Source: a virus (lineage: Duplodnaviria; Caudoviricetes). From it: 64,000 nucleotides of DNA. Below are positions 1 through 10,310 of this stretch, in pieces. A model generated the notes under the pieces. It made no database searches. It saw nothing but the letters and a program-made list of their open reading frames with translations, and was not told where the DNA came from. The position numbers and the translations under genes are program-made. Every line of letters begins with the position of its first letter. Within the stretch, counting starts at the first letter, position 1. The stretch is from IMG/VR virus record IMGVR_UViG_3300003320_000853, one strand, 5' to 3'.

Positions 1-1
1 C

Positions 2-532
2 TCCCTGCTCAACGGGTCGTCGCCGGGGATCCACGCTCCCTACGCCCCGTTCTACCTGCGGCGCATCCGGCTGGCGACGAACGACCCGATGGTGCCGGCG
101 CTCACGGAGGCACACGTTCCTTCCGAGCCGTGCGTCTTCGACTCCACGGGTCGCACGCTGGTCTTCGCCTTCCCCATGCGGGCGAAGCACACCCGCTTCA
201 CCGTCCAGACGGAGACGATCCAAGATCAGTTCGAGCGCCAAGCACAGGTTCAGGAGAGCTGGGCCGACAACGCTGTCTCGGCCACCCTGTCGTTCGATCC
301 TGCGACGGAGGCCGAGGCCATGCCCGATCTTCTCCGGAAGTACGTCCCCCGCTTCAAGTCGACGTCCTTCCTGCCGAAGGTTCACGGCTACAAGCAGGCG
401 CCCTACGAGGCGATCGACGAGGAGAGCTTCACCAAGCTCTACGCCGAGATCCACCACAACCACCCGCTCGTCAAGGGCGGGGAGATCCTCGACGACGCGG
501 AGTGCGCCAGCGGGGCTTGCCCCATCCGGTAG
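2..532 (+). CDS. nrdJ: Class II (adenosylcobalamin-dependent) ribonucleotide reductase, C-terminal part (5' truncated by window)
   Basis: Open frame from window start: SLLNGSSPGIHAPYAPFYLRRIR...WADNAVSAT...YKQAPYEAI; C-terminal redox tail ECASGACPIR. Confidence 0.88.
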   Translation, partial: SLLNGSSPGIHAPYAPFYLRRIRLATNDPMVPALTEAHVPSEPCVFDSTGRTLVFAFPMRAKHTRFTVQTETIQDQFERQAQVQESWADNAVSATLSFDPATEAEAMPDLLRKYVPRFKSTSFLPKVHGYKQAPYEAIDEESFTKLYAEIHHNHPLVKGGEILDDAECASGACPIR

Positions 533-592
533 GTGGAGCATCCCGTCTACCCGACGGCTTGGGAGCACCTCCTCGCCGAGGATCCGGTGTAA
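533..592 (+). CDS. Possible 19-aa micro-ORF (MEHPVYPTAWEHLLAEDPV), or TAG read-through tail of the RNR
   Basis: GTG directly after the RNR stop, same frame; last 13 aa nearly identical to the C-terminus of ORF 44720-45055. Confidence 0.4.
   Translation: MEHPVYPTAWEHLLAEDPV
585..592 (+). promoter_or_regulatory. (C/G/T)GGTGTA(G/A) upstream element, first of about 12 copies
   Basis: CGGTGTAA 9 nt before the ligase ATG; same motif at similar spacing before several other genes. Confidence 0.6.
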
Positions 593-601
593 CCCCTAGG
601 G

Positions 602-2551
602 ATGGACTTCGACGATCTCATGAACCAGGGGAACGCGGCGCGGATCACGGAGCTGGAGACCCTGATCCAGCGGGCTCGGCAGGACTACGAGAACGGAACC
701 CCAACGGTCTCGGACGACGTGTTCGACGCGTGGGTGGCTGAGCTCAAGGAACTCAAGCCAGAAAGCTCCGCCGTGACGGCCATCGGGGCCCCGCTGCCAG
801 CCGTCACCGAGTGGGCCAAGGCTGCCCACGGCTTCACCATGGGCAGCCTCGACAAGGTGAACACGCCGGCCGAGATGAGCCTCTGGCTCGCGGGCGTCGG
901 CGTGAAGGAGCCCGTCCTCGTCACGCAGAAGCTCGACGGCATCTCCATCCACCTCCGCTACGAGGACGGCGTCTTGGTCCAGGCCATCACCCGCGGGGAT
1001 GGAACGACGGGCGAGGACATCGTCCGGAATGTCTCCAGGATGAAGGGCATCCCCAAGACGGTGGTGCACTACTCGGTACTGGGGTCGAGGCAGCCCTTCA
1101 CAGGGTCTATCCGGGGTGAGATCATCCTGCTCAAGAGCGACCACAGGAAGCATTTCCCCGACTATGCGAACCCGAGGAACGCGGCCTCGGGCATCTCGAA
1201 ACGCTTCGACGGCACCGGCTCGGAGCACCTGACGGTCATGGTCTACCAGATCGTCGATGGGGACGTGTCTCCCCACACGGAGTACGATCAGTTCGGGCTG
1301 CTTCGTAGTTGGGGCTTCAAGACGCCCCACTGGAACGTCCACATCCCGGGCCAGGAAGGGTCGAAGGGTCCCAACGACTACTGGCAGCTCTACCAGGATG
1401 GGGGACGGGAGCAGCTCGACTACGATATCGACGGCCTCGTGGTACGTGTCAACGATCTCACCAAGCAGCATAGCCTGGGGGAGAAGGACGGGCGGCCCAA
1501 GGGCGCCGTCGCGTTCAAGTTCGCAGCCGAGGGCAAGCTCACGACGATCACACGGATCGACTGGCAGGTGGGTGGGCAGGGGAGGATCACGCCGGTCGCC
1601 ATTTTCGAGCCGGTCAACGTGATGGGGGCCACCATCACGAACGCGAGCGCCTACAACCTCAAGTACATCGCGGAGAAGGGCATCGGCGTCGGGGCCGAGG
1701 TCATGATCATCCGGGCGAACGATGTCATCCCTCGCGTCGCCGAGGTGACGAAGCCGCCCGTCAAGGTCGAGGAGGGCCCCAGGGCGTGCCCCGCCTGCGG
1801 TGCTGAGACGGAGATGGAGGGCGAGTATCTCATCTGCCCGGACGTCGCCGGCTGTCCCGCTCAGGCTGTGGGACGGATCAAGCGCTACCTCTCCGTGCTC
1901 GACGTCAAGGAGTGGGGAGATGTCTTCCTGGAGAAGCTCGTCGAGGGGGGCCATGCGAAGAGCGTCCTTGACCTTTACAAGCTCACGCCTGCTGTGCTCG
2001 CCACCATCGACCGCATGGGCGAGAAGAGCGCCGCCAAGGTGTACAAGACCCTCTGGGACAAGAACCACATCCCCATGGAGACCCTCCTCGGGGGCATGTC
2101 GATCCCCGGCTGCGGGTCGTCGACCATCCTCCTCGCCATGGACGCCGGCTTCGACACCCTGGACGCCATCTACGCCGCCAGGCGGGAACAGTTCGAGGCG
2201 GTACCCGGTATTGGGCCGGTGAAGGCGGATGCTCTCTTCACGTGGCTCCACGAGGCCAGCAACTGGGCCACCCTCGATGCGATGCAGACCCTCGGGGTCA
2301 AGATCCGCGGCCGGGTGAAGGGCAAGCTCACGGGCAAGAGCTTCTGCTTCACGGGTTCCAGCACAAAGCCGCGCAAGGAGCTGGAGAAGCTCGTCACGGA
2401 CAACGGTGGTGTGGTAAAGTCTTCGGCCGGGAAGGGATGCACGTACCTCGTGATGGCCGACCCGAACTCTACGAGCACGAAGGCTCAGGCGGCGAGGAAG
2501 GCCGGGGTTACGTGCATCTCCGAGACTGACTTCCTCGCCATGGCGGAGTAA
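602..2551 (+). CDS. ligA: NAD-dependent DNA ligase
   Basis: KLDG adenylation motif, TRGDG, RGE, NPRNAASG, DGLVV, AFKF, C4 zinc finger, HhH, C-terminal BRCT (GKSFCFTG). Confidence 0.97.
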   Translation: MDFDDLMNQGNAARITELETLIQRARQDYENGTPTVSDDVFDAWVAELKELKPESSAVTAIGAPLPAVTEWAKAAHGFTMGSLDKVNTPAEMSLWLAGVGVKEPVLVTQKLDGISIHLRYEDGVLVQAITRGDGTTGEDIVRNVSRMKGIPKTVVHYSVLGSRQPFTGSIRGEIILLKSDHRKHFPDYANPRNAASGISKRFDGTGSEHLTVMVYQIVDGDVSPHTEYDQFGLLRSWGFKTPHWNVHIPGQEGSKGPNDYWQLYQDGGREQLDYDIDGLVVRVNDLTKQHSLGEKDGRPKGAVAFKFAAEGKLTTITRIDWQVGGQGRITPVAIFEPVNVMGATITNASAYNLKYIAEKGIGVGAEVMIIRANDVIPRVAEVTKPPVKVEEGPRACPACGAETEMEGEYLICPDVAGCPAQAVGRIKRYLSVLDVKEWGDVFLEKLVEGGHAKSVLDLYKLTPAVLATIDRMGEKSAAKVYKTLWDKNHIPMETLLGGMSIPGCGSSTILLAMDAGFDTLDAIYAARREQFEAVPGIGPVKADALFTWLHEASNWATLDAMQTLGVKIRGRVKGKLTGKSFCFTGSSTKPRKELEKLVTDNGGVVKSSAGKGCTYLVMADPNSTSTKAQAARKAGVTCISETDFLAMAE

Positions 2552-2751
2552 TGCAGGACTACCGCGACCGTTGGTGCCAGTTCCTCTCGGCGGCCCTCAC
2601 CGGGGATCTCGCGGGGCGCACCCTGCCCCCTCTTGACGAACCCCAAGCTATCCGTCGGGCGGCTTCATTCGCCGAGCGCGAGATCGGCGAATTGCAGGCC
2701 CGGGACAAGAAACATGCCTTCGACCAGCCCGAGAAGGGCTACCGGGGCTGA
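2551..2751 (+). CDS. Hypothetical protein
   Basis: Coupled start (TAATG) filling the gap between ligase and helicase. Confidence 0.6.
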   Translation: MQDYRDRWCQFLSAALTGDLAGRTLPPLDEPQAIRRAASFAEREIGELQARDKKHAFDQPEKGYRG

Positions 2752-2753
2752 CG

Positions 2754-5036
2754 ATGCCGAAGATCAGTGGCGTGGTGCTCACGGTGCGGCACCGGGGAGA
2801 CACGGGCTTCTGGGTGTTCACGATGGTCGTGAACGAGGCCGACCCGGCGATCCCGGATACTTCGGTCACCGTCGCCGGGCGGCTCGCCGGCCTACTCCAG
2901 GTGCGCCCCGGAACGCCGGTGGGCTTCACCGGCTCTTGGAAGCAGCACCCAAAGTTCGGACGGCAGTTCGTTCCCTCCGGTTGGGCTCCGTACGTCCGAA
3001 CGGAGCAGGACATCTCGCGGTTCCTTCACGAGTGCATCGACGGTTTTACGGACCCCGATCTCGCGAAGCTCCTCGTCTCTCGGTTCGGCCTGGAGACCTA
3101 CGCCGTTCTGTCGAACGACCCTGATCGCATCCGATCTCTGGCCGGCGCTGACGACCCGTTCCGCCAGCGGCTCGACAGAGCCATCGCTGGATGGGCTCGG
3201 GCGGGGGCCATGAGCGGGCTCGGTGCCTTTCTTCAGGACTTCGACCTCCACGCGGAGGTCATCGAGCAAATCGCGAAGACTTTCGGAGTCGGGGCCCTCG
3301 ACACGATCCTACAAAACCCGTACCGCCTTCTCGAAATCGAGGGGTTCTCCTTCGCCAAGGCCGACATCTTCGCCCGTCGGATCGGGATTCCCATGAACGA
3401 TCCCCGGCGCATCGACGGGGCCGTGCTCTGGGTTCTTCGGCTCGCCCACCAAGAGGGCCATCTGTTTCTCCGAAGGGGAAACGTGCCAGGACTGATCTCC
3501 GAGAACCTGGAGACAGAGAAGGCGGATCCCCTCGACCTCTCAAACCCCAATGAGGCCGTGGCGGCTTCGCTGCAACGACTGGAAGAGCGCAAGGCCGTCG
3601 TCGTGGAAGACGGGGTGGGAGTCTATCTGCCCGATCCGTACGTCTTCGAGCGGGAGGCGGCTCGCAAGCTCGCCCGCATGTTGACGCCGGTCGACCTCTC
3701 GGTGGATCTCACTTCGTTCGTCGACAACTACGAGAGGCACCAACGGATCGAGCTTTCGGAGGCGCAGCGGGATGGCGTCCACAAGCTCGTTCAGAGCCGT
3801 GTCCTCGTCCTGACGGGTCTCCCCGGGACGGGAAAGACGACCCTCGTCCGGGCGTTCGTCCACCTCTTCAAGGCGGCGGGGCTCACGTTTCAGCTCATGG
3901 CCCCCACGGGGATCGCTGCGAAGCGTCTGGCGGCTGTGACGGGAAGCGACGCGGCCACGATCCATCGATCGCTTCGCTACGATGGGGAGCACTGGGGCTT
4001 CAACGCGTACAACAAGCTCTTCGTCGGCGCCGTCGTCGTTGACGAGATGTCCATGGTCGACCAGGAGCTCTTCTACAGACTTCTGGATGCGCTCGACCCG
4101 GGCGTCATGCTCGTCCTCGTGGGAGATGATGCGCAGCTCCCCTCGGTCGGTGCCGGCAACGTCCTCCGTGAGCTGATCTCTTGCAAGTCTCTCCCCCACG
4201 TTCGATTGACGCAGATCCATCGGCAAGCGGAAGCGAGCAAGATCGTCCTCTCGGCGCACCGGGTGAACCGGGGAGAAATGCCGATCCTCGACATGAACCC
4301 CTCAGACTTCCAGTTCGTCGCCTGCGACGAGGAGGAGACGATCGCCGACCTCATCGTCAAGATGGCGGACAAGCTCAAGGCACGGGACGCGAACTTCCAG
4401 GTGCTCTCTCCGAAGTATGCTGGGGTCATCGGGGTCGACAACCTCAACGACAAGCTCCGAGAGATGCTCAATCCGGCCGACGACCGCAAGAAGGAGTGGG
4501 GGTCGGGTTCCTTCCATGTACGTGTTGGCGACCGCTTGATGGTCACCAAGAACAACTACGACCTCGCGATCTACAACGGAGACATGGGCAAGCTTCACGA
4601 TGTGAAGCGGGACGATCTCGTGATCCGGATCCACGGGGTGGGCGCGGGCAGTGTCGACACGTACGTGGACATCCCCAAGGACAAGGCGCCTGAAATCCTG
4701 CGGCTTGCCTACGCCATCACCGTCCACAAGAGCCAGGGCTCGGAATATGGCACGGTGATCCTCCCGATCCTCCGTTCGCAGGGTCGGATGCTTCAACGAG
4801 AGCTTTTCTACACGGCCGTCACGCGTGCCAAGCAGAAGGTGTGGCTCCTCGGCTCCGAAGAGGCGGTGCGGCGGGCCGTGGGGAACGATCAGCGGATTTT
4901 CCGCAACACCGTGCTCTCGCTTTCGATCGAGAAGGCGCTCCGAGACCTCGCTTCGGCCGGTGTAGGGGCGTCGCATGGACGAGAAGAAGTCGCCGCCCTC
5001 GGGAAACCCGGGTCCTCTGGACAGCCTTCCGCCTGA
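2754..5036 (+). CDS. recD2: RecD2/TraA-like SF1B helicase
   Basis: WKQHPKFGRQF N-domain, NPYRL HhH, GLPGTGKT, APTGIAA, TIHR, VDEMSM, GDDAQLPSVG, AYAITVHKSQGSE, YTAVTRA. Confidence 0.95.
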   Translation: MPKISGVVLTVRHRGDTGFWVFTMVVNEADPAIPDTSVTVAGRLAGLLQVRPGTPVGFTGSWKQHPKFGRQFVPSGWAPYVRTEQDISRFLHECIDGFTDPDLAKLLVSRFGLETYAVLSNDPDRIRSLAGADDPFRQRLDRAIAGWARAGAMSGLGAFLQDFDLHAEVIEQIAKTFGVGALDTILQNPYRLLEIEGFSFAKADIFARRIGIPMNDPRRIDGAVLWVLRLAHQEGHLFLRRGNVPGLISENLETEKADPLDLSNPNEAVAASLQRLEERKAVVVEDGVGVYLPDPYVFEREAARKLARMLTPVDLSVDLTSFVDNYERHQRIELSEAQRDGVHKLVQSRVLVLTGLPGTGKTTLVRAFVHLFKAAGLTFQLMAPTGIAAKRLAAVTGSDAATIHRSLRYDGEHWGFNAYNKLFVGAVVVDEMSMVDQELFYRLLDALDPGVMLVLVGDDAQLPSVGAGNVLRELISCKSLPHVRLTQIHRQAEASKIVLSAHRVNRGEMPILDMNPSDFQFVACDEEETIADLIVKMADKLKARDANFQVLSPKYAGVIGVDNLNDKLREMLNPADDRKKEWGSGSFHVRVGDRLMVTKNNYDLAIYNGDMGKLHDVKRDDLVIRIHGVGAGSVDTYVDIPKDKAPEILRLAYAITVHKSQGSEYGTVILPILRSQGRMLQRELFYTAVTRAKQKVWLLGSEEAVRRAVGNDQRIFRNTVLSLSIEKALRDLASAGVGASHGREEVAALGKPGSSGQPSA

Positions 5037-5403
5037 GCAGCGGGCCCGCCTCGACACACTCCAGAGTTCGATCAGCTTCGAAAAGCTCACCGTTTCCTTC
5101 TCGATTGAGGAGAGGAGCGCAGGGGGCAAGCGGAGCGCGTTCTACTCGGTCACGGCGGGGCGGGGACACGGGGCCGAGGTCGACCAGCTCCAAGAGAGCG
5201 CCCCGAGTGCGGGGTTCGCACCGGAGGACGTGAGGATCGTCCGATGTCTGCTCTCGAAGCACGTCGTGGGCGCGACCTATGACGATGCTGCCAAGCGGGG
5301 GATTCTTTCCAAGAAACAGGCGACCGAGGAAGCCAAGGCAATCCTTCACGCTTACGATGAGTCGATCGTGCGACTCCTCTCCTCCAACGGGAACGGCAAG
5401 TGA
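4975..5403 (+). CDS. Hypothetical protein
   Basis: Preceded by CGGTGTAG (4958-4965); overlaps the next start (GTGA). Confidence 0.7.
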   Translation: MDEKKSPPSGNPGPLDSLPPEQRARLDTLQSSISFEKLTVSFSIEERSAGGKRSAFYSVTAGRGHGAEVDQLQESAPSAGFAPEDVRIVRCLLSKHVVGATYDDAAKRGILSKKQATEEAKAILHAYDESIVRLLSSNGNGK

Positions 5404-6104
5404 CGCCCACCGAGATCCGAACGATCTACGACCGGATCGGCAAGCTGACGATCACACTCCATTCGGATCCATCGTCCCTGGGTCCGAAGTACCTCCAGGA
5501 GGTGATCGCAACCTGCAACAACTACAAGAACGAGGTCTCCGGCATCCTCTCCGATCTCATGCGGAGGAAGCACATGGTGGCCCGAAACCTCCAAGCTCGG
5601 CAGGCGGCTTACCAGGTGTCGTTCGATGATCTTCTGGCCAACAACGAGTCGATCCGCCGCCTCCCCAACATCGAAGACCGCAAGGCCACAGCAAACGTGA
5701 TGCTCCGGAGCGACCGGCAAGCCATCGCGCAGCTCGAAGCCGAGCAGAAGGATCTCGAAGCGGTCGAGAAGGTCGTCCGGCACCGGCACAAGGAGCTGAG
5801 CGACACGATGGGGGCGATCAAGGTTCAGCGGAGTCTCATCCGGGACGAGCTCGACACGAAGAGCTTCTACGGGGACGAGCGCACCAACCGCGGCGATACG
5901 GGGCGCTCCACGCCCCTCGGGGATGACCTCGACGATGCGGAGCTGTCCCGTCTTCTTGACGGCGAACAGGCCGCAGTCGAGCCCCGGGCCGAGAAGTCTG
6001 CGGAGCCCGAAGAGACTTCCGACGACCAGGCCATCAAGGCGTTCCTCGCCGATGGCAAATCGTCCGCGGACGAGTCTTTCGAGGACGTATTTTCGAGCCT
6101 CTGA
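5400..6104 (+). CDS. Coiled-coil protein with acidic tail (possible recombination mediator)
   Basis: Helical coiled-coil sequence, acidic C-terminus ending FEDVFSSL; lies upstream of the SSB-like gene and recA. Confidence 0.5.
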   Translation: MTPTEIRTIYDRIGKLTITLHSDPSSLGPKYLQEVIATCNNYKNEVSGILSDLMRRKHMVARNLQARQAAYQVSFDDLLANNESIRRLPNIEDRKATANVMLRSDRQAIAQLEAEQKDLEAVEKVVRHRHKELSDTMGAIKVQRSLIRDELDTKSFYGDERTNRGDTGRSTPLGDDLDDAELSRLLDGEQAAVEPRAEKSAEPEETSDDQAIKAFLADGKSSADESFEDVFSSL

Positions 6105-6230
6105 CCGGCTGTCGGTGTAGACTTTTGCCCGACGGCTTCGGTTTTGCCCGAGCGGGTTCACCGGCCGTCGACACAACCAACTGTCTCCCAACGTTAGCCC
6201 GGAGGGTTGTAGGGCGGCTAGAGGTGCATC

Positions 6231-7130
6231 ATGAGCGATCCTTTCAACATGGATGATTACGAGAACGACGTCGGCCTCGGTGAGGAGGACAAGTCCAACT
6301 TCAACGAGCGCGAGCAATGGCTCAAGATGTCGAAGGGCCAAGTGCTCCGCGCCTCGTTCGTCTACTTTCACACGGCGGACGTGGTCGCGGTCCAGCGCGC
6401 CGTGAAGCAGGCGAAGGACAAGGGGGAGAAGCTCACCCCCGAGCAGCTCCGGGTCATCGGGCTGAAGGCGATGGAGGATCACGCGAAGACGTTCGATCCT
6501 CCGAAGAGTGTCGACCAGCTCACCGACGCGGAGAAGCTCTGCCTGACCGAGGTGAAGTTCAAGAAGCTGCCCTACCACTACCAGCCCGGTCTCGGCATGA
6601 TCCTGAGCCGACTCGGGATGGACGGTCCGGAGGGCGACGCCGTCTGGAAGCGACTGGAGGAGAAGAAGCTCAACTACTCCACGCTTCTCGTCATCTACCC
6701 GACCGATCGGAAGGGTGAGATCAACAAGTCGGCGCTCACCGACTGGAGCCGAGATCCGCAGCTCATCCCGTGGCGCTTCGGGCCCAAGGTCTTCGAGAAC
6801 ATCTGGAAGCTCAACGCCGGTCTCCGCGAGAACGGCATGGGTCTGCACACCCAGGACATCAAGCTGGAGTGCGATCCGAAGAAGGACGAGAAGTTCCAGA
6901 ACATCGACGTCTCGTTCGTCGGCCAGGCCATCTGGCGCAAGAGCCCCAAGGTGCAGGCGATCGTCCTGGAGAAGGCGCTCGCGCTCTACCCCAAGCTCGT
7001 CCCCTTCCGAGCGCTGACGACCGACCAGCTCAAGGCCAAGCTCGGCATGGGCGGGTCTGCGGCCTCGGACGTCGGGGCCGGCGGTTCGTCGAGCGGCGGC
7101 GACTTCACCGACCTCCTCGAACAGGTCTGA
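6231..7130 (+). CDS. Putative ssDNA-binding protein (gp32-like)
   Basis: Aromatic-rich core (YSTLLVIY, WRFG, DIKL), Gly/Ser linker, acidic tail DFTDLLEQV; next to ruvC/recA; high-expression codon style; SD GAGGTG. Confidence 0.6.
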   Translation: MSDPFNMDDYENDVGLGEEDKSNFNEREQWLKMSKGQVLRASFVYFHTADVVAVQRAVKQAKDKGEKLTPEQLRVIGLKAMEDHAKTFDPPKSVDQLTDAEKLCLTEVKFKKLPYHYQPGLGMILSRLGMDGPEGDAVWKRLEEKKLNYSTLLVIYPTDRKGEINKSALTDWSRDPQLIPWRFGPKVFENIWKLNAGLRENGMGLHTQDIKLECDPKKDEKFQNIDVSFVGQAIWRKSPKVQAIVLEKALALYPKLVPFRALTTDQLKAKLGMGGSAASDVGAGGSSSGGDFTDLLEQV

Positions 7131-7152
7131 TCCCCCAACTGAGGGGATTCGC

Positions 7153-7800
7153 GTGATCACGCTCGGGCTGGATCCTTCGCTCACGAATCTGGGCTGGTGT
7201 GTCCACGATTCGGCGGCAGAGGGTCCGGCTCGGGTCGTGGCCCGCGGCCTGATCTCCACCCCCGCCAAGGACATCTTCGTCACCCGCTACATGGCCCTCC
7301 GCGAGGGCGTGGGGCGCATCCTCGACGAGCATCCGCAAGTTGAGGGCATCGGTATCGAGTCACCGCCCTTCGGCGAGCTGTGGAGCGAGGGCCTCTACGG
7401 CCTCTTCCTCTACGTGAACGAGGCGATCTACCTGCGTCGGAAGGACGTGGTGTATTTCGATCCCGGCACCGTGAAGATGCTCACCAAGGGTGACCCGAAG
7501 ATCCCGGGGAAGATGTTCAAACAGGACATGGTGGACGCGGCCAAGTCTGACACGGGGATCAAGGGTCGGCTCAACCACAACGAGGCTGATGCCTATCACG
7601 TGGCTCGGTTCGCGGCGCGCTTCTGGGAATTCCTATCAGGGGAGATCCTGGAAACCGATCTCACTCCTGCGGAGCATCAAGCGTTCGCGAAGATCCACAC
7701 CTTCAAAAAGGGTGCGCGGGCCGGGCAGACGGTGTTGCAAGGTGCGGCCTTCAAGGAAGGCCGGCGGTTCTTCCGCTTCTCAGCACTACCGAAAGATTGA
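7153..7800 (+). CDS. ruvC: RuvC-like Holliday junction resolvase
   Basis: LGLDPSLTNLGW, IGIE, PGTVK, K..MV, NEADAY. Confidence 0.9.
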   Translation: MITLGLDPSLTNLGWCVHDSAAEGPARVVARGLISTPAKDIFVTRYMALREGVGRILDEHPQVEGIGIESPPFGELWSEGLYGLFLYVNEAIYLRRKDVVYFDPGTVKMLTKGDPKIPGKMFKQDMVDAAKSDTGIKGRLNHNEADAYHVARFAARFWEFLSGEILETDLTPAEHQAFAKIHTFKKGARAGQTVLQGAAFKEGRRFFRFSALPKD

Positions 7801-7809
7801 GGCTCAGGG

Positions 7810-9090
7810 ATGGCATCGAAGAAGACTTCTGGGGGATCTGGCGTCGCGGCTATGGCGCGAGCGATGATCCTCAAGACCACGAAGCAAAAGCCGGTCACGG
7901 AGCAGAAGACGACGCTCCCACACGTTCCCTCCGGGTCGATCATCATCAACACGAGCATCGGGGGATCGCGGACGGCGGACGGGAAGGGTCTCGTTTGCCC
8001 GGGCTACCCCCGCCGACGCATCACGGAAATCTATGGCCCGGAGTCGAGCGGCAAGACCACGGTCGCGCTCACGGCCATCGCCGAGATCCAGAAGCATGGG
8101 GGCACGGCGATGTTCCTCGATTTCGAGCACGCCCTCCATCACGGATACGCTCGACAGATCGGCGTGAAGTTCGACGACTCCCTCCTCCTTTACGCTCCCG
8201 ATCACATGGAGGATGGGTTCAAGATGATCCTCGTCGGCATCATGACCGGCGTGGACATCATCGTCGTCGACTCGGTCGCCAGCATGGTGCCGAAGGACGA
8301 GCTGGAGAAGAAGCTCGACGACACGGCCAAGGTCGGCGCCGTGGCGAAGAAGATGAGCGAGACGCTTCCCAAGATCGTCATGTGGCTCGCCAAGCATCCG
8401 ATGAAGGGTACGGGGGAGAGCAAGGTCTCCGATCCCGATCGGCCCGGGACGGCTCTCATCCTGCTCAACCAAGAGCGCGCCACGATCAACACGGGTGGGG
8501 GCGGGTACGGGGCGCCGGAGGCCAACACGGCCGGCGGCAAGGCGCTCAAATACTTCGCCTACGTTCGGCTGCGTCTTGCCCGCATTCTCTCGGAGAAGGT
8601 CGAGCGCCGAGATCCGATCACGGGCAAGGCGAAGAAGTATCCCTTCGGCAACCTGACGGGCCTCAAGGTCGTCAAGGCGAAGGCGGACGCGAAGCAAGGG
8701 CACGAGGCGACGATCTTCATCCGTTACGGCTATGGGATCGACGACCTCTACTCGATCATCATGGCGGCCGAGGCCAACGGTCTCGTGAAGCGAGAGGGCG
8801 CGTACTACACGTATGAGAGTGAGCGCATCCAGGGGCGAGACAAGTTCCGGGCCTACCTCCTCGCGAACCCGAAGGTCGCCGATGCGCTTCGTACGAAGGT
8901 TGTCGAAGCCATCTCGGCGTCCATTCCCACGGCCATCCCCGACGAGGATCTTTCCGAGGAGGACGCGATGGCGGCCGACTTGGAGGAGGAGCTTGGGGAA
9001 GACGGCACGACGGAAGTCACGGTCGACACCGACGACCCCGCTTCTGAGATCGAGGCTGCCGCCGCCGAGGGTGTGGAAGAGGGCGAATGA
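7810..9090 (+). CDS. recA: RecA recombinase
   Basis: ITEIYGPESSGKTT, FLDFEHAL, IVVDSVA, LNQ, GGKALKYFA, acidic C-tail. Confidence 0.96.
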   Translation: MASKKTSGGSGVAAMARAMILKTTKQKPVTEQKTTLPHVPSGSIIINTSIGGSRTADGKGLVCPGYPRRRITEIYGPESSGKTTVALTAIAEIQKHGGTAMFLDFEHALHHGYARQIGVKFDDSLLLYAPDHMEDGFKMILVGIMTGVDIIVVDSVASMVPKDELEKKLDDTAKVGAVAKKMSETLPKIVMWLAKHPMKGTGESKVSDPDRPGTALILLNQERATINTGGGGYGAPEANTAGGKALKYFAYVRLRLARILSEKVERRDPITGKAKKYPFGNLTGLKVVKAKADAKQGHEATIFIRYGYGIDDLYSIIMAAEANGLVKREGAYYTYESERIQGRDKFRAYLLANPKVADALRTKVVEAISASIPTAIPDEDLSEEDAMAADLEEELGEDGTTEVTVDTDDPASEIEAAAAEGVEEGE

Positions 9091-10298
9091 TCGCCGTCGA
9101 GATCCGAGACTTTCAATCGATCGAGCGCGTCACCTTCCAGATCGACGGCTTCACGTCTCTCGTGGGTCGCAGCAACATCGGCAAGAGCGCGCTCATCCGG
9201 GCCATCAAGTGCGCCCTCACCGGGGCCCCCGTGGCGGCATTCGTCCGCCACGGGGCCGCATGTGCCCGCAAGGTCAAGGGTCAGAAGACGTGCAAGTGCC
9301 ACGTCTCCGTGAAGTTGAAGAGCGAGGGCTTCGACCTTCTCTGGGAGAAGGGGGATGCCGTGAACCGCTACGTCTTCAACGGCGCCGCGTATCCCGCGGC
9401 CGAGCGTGGGATGCCTGACTTTCTCACGGCCCATTTCAACGAGGTCAAGGTTGGAGACAAGGACATACTCCTCCAGGTGGCCGACCAGTTCCAACCGATC
9501 TTCCTTCTCGACCAGTCTGGGACAGCCGTCGCCGATGTCCTCTCGGACATGGCCAAACTGGATCGAGTGAACGTCGCGAGCCGCATGGCCGAGAAGGATC
9601 GAAAGGATGCCGTCGCCACACGCAAGGTGCGCGAGAAGGATCTCCTCGACGCCAAGACGAAACTCGCGAGCTTCGACAGTCTCGAAACCACAGTGCGAGA
9701 CGTGCGCTCACTCCAGGAGAAGCACAGGGAGATCCAGGAACGACGGGCCAAGGTTGTGCGCCTCACAACCCTCGGTCGAACATTTGCGAACCTCGAACAG
9801 CAAGCGGATCTCCTCGGAGGTGTGTCCAACCTCCATCCTCCTGATCCCGCGACGCTCCACCAGGCGCGGAGCCGGTACACGACTCTCCAGGGGATGATCG
9901 CTCGGGCCCGCGATCAGAAGGCCGCCCTCACAACCCTCGGGGGCATCGGCAGCATCTCCGTCCCCCTGGGCCCCGTCGAGGTGAAGGCCCTGGCGGAGAC
10001 TTCGCAACGCCTGACGGCGTGGGTCAACCTTTTCATCAGCTTCCGGACCACGCTCGCTCGCTTCCAGGCCATTCCGATCCCCACCCTCCCTGCGCTTCCC
10101 TCAGCCGAGGAACATCGGCGGATCGCAGCACTGGTCGCTCGTCTGGAGACCCTGACGAAGGCCCTGTCCTCCCTGGAGGAGGACCACAGGCGAGCGGTCG
10201 ATGAAGAGAAAACTGTGAAGGCCGAATGGGAAGCGCTCGGCGTGTGTTCAACGTGTGCTCGACCTTTTCACCCCGAACCGTATCAGGTTCGGGTGTAG
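9087..10298 (+). CDS. sbcC: Rad50/SbcC-like ATPase, N-terminal half (Walker A, coiled coil, zinc hook)
   Basis: IRDFQS, GRSNIGKS Walker A, Q-loop, coiled coil ending CSTCARP; no Walker B. Confidence 0.85.
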   Translation: MIAVEIRDFQSIERVTFQIDGFTSLVGRSNIGKSALIRAIKCALTGAPVAAFVRHGAACARKVKGQKTCKCHVSVKLKSEGFDLLWEKGDAVNRYVFNGAAYPAAERGMPDFLTAHFNEVKVGDKDILLQVADQFQPIFLLDQSGTAVADVLSDMAKLDRVNVASRMAEKDRKDAVATRKVREKDLLDAKTKLASFDSLETTVRDVRSLQEKHREIQERRAKVVRLTTLGRTFANLEQQADLLGGVSNLHPPDPATLHQARSRYTTLQGMIARARDQKAALTTLGGIGSISVPLGPVEVKALAETSQRLTAWVNLFISFRTTLARFQAIPIPTLPALPSAEEHRRIAALVARLETLTKALSSLEEDHRRAVDEEKTVKAEWEALGVCSTCARPFHPEPYQVRV

Positions 10299-10310
10299 AC
10301 TTCGAACTGG

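Noticed and set aside
530-592. Genome-wide TAG recoding suggested by the in-frame peptide after the RNR stop
   Set aside because: Many genes (portal, MCP, dnaX) end cleanly at TAG, and the RNR ends at its canonical CPIR tail
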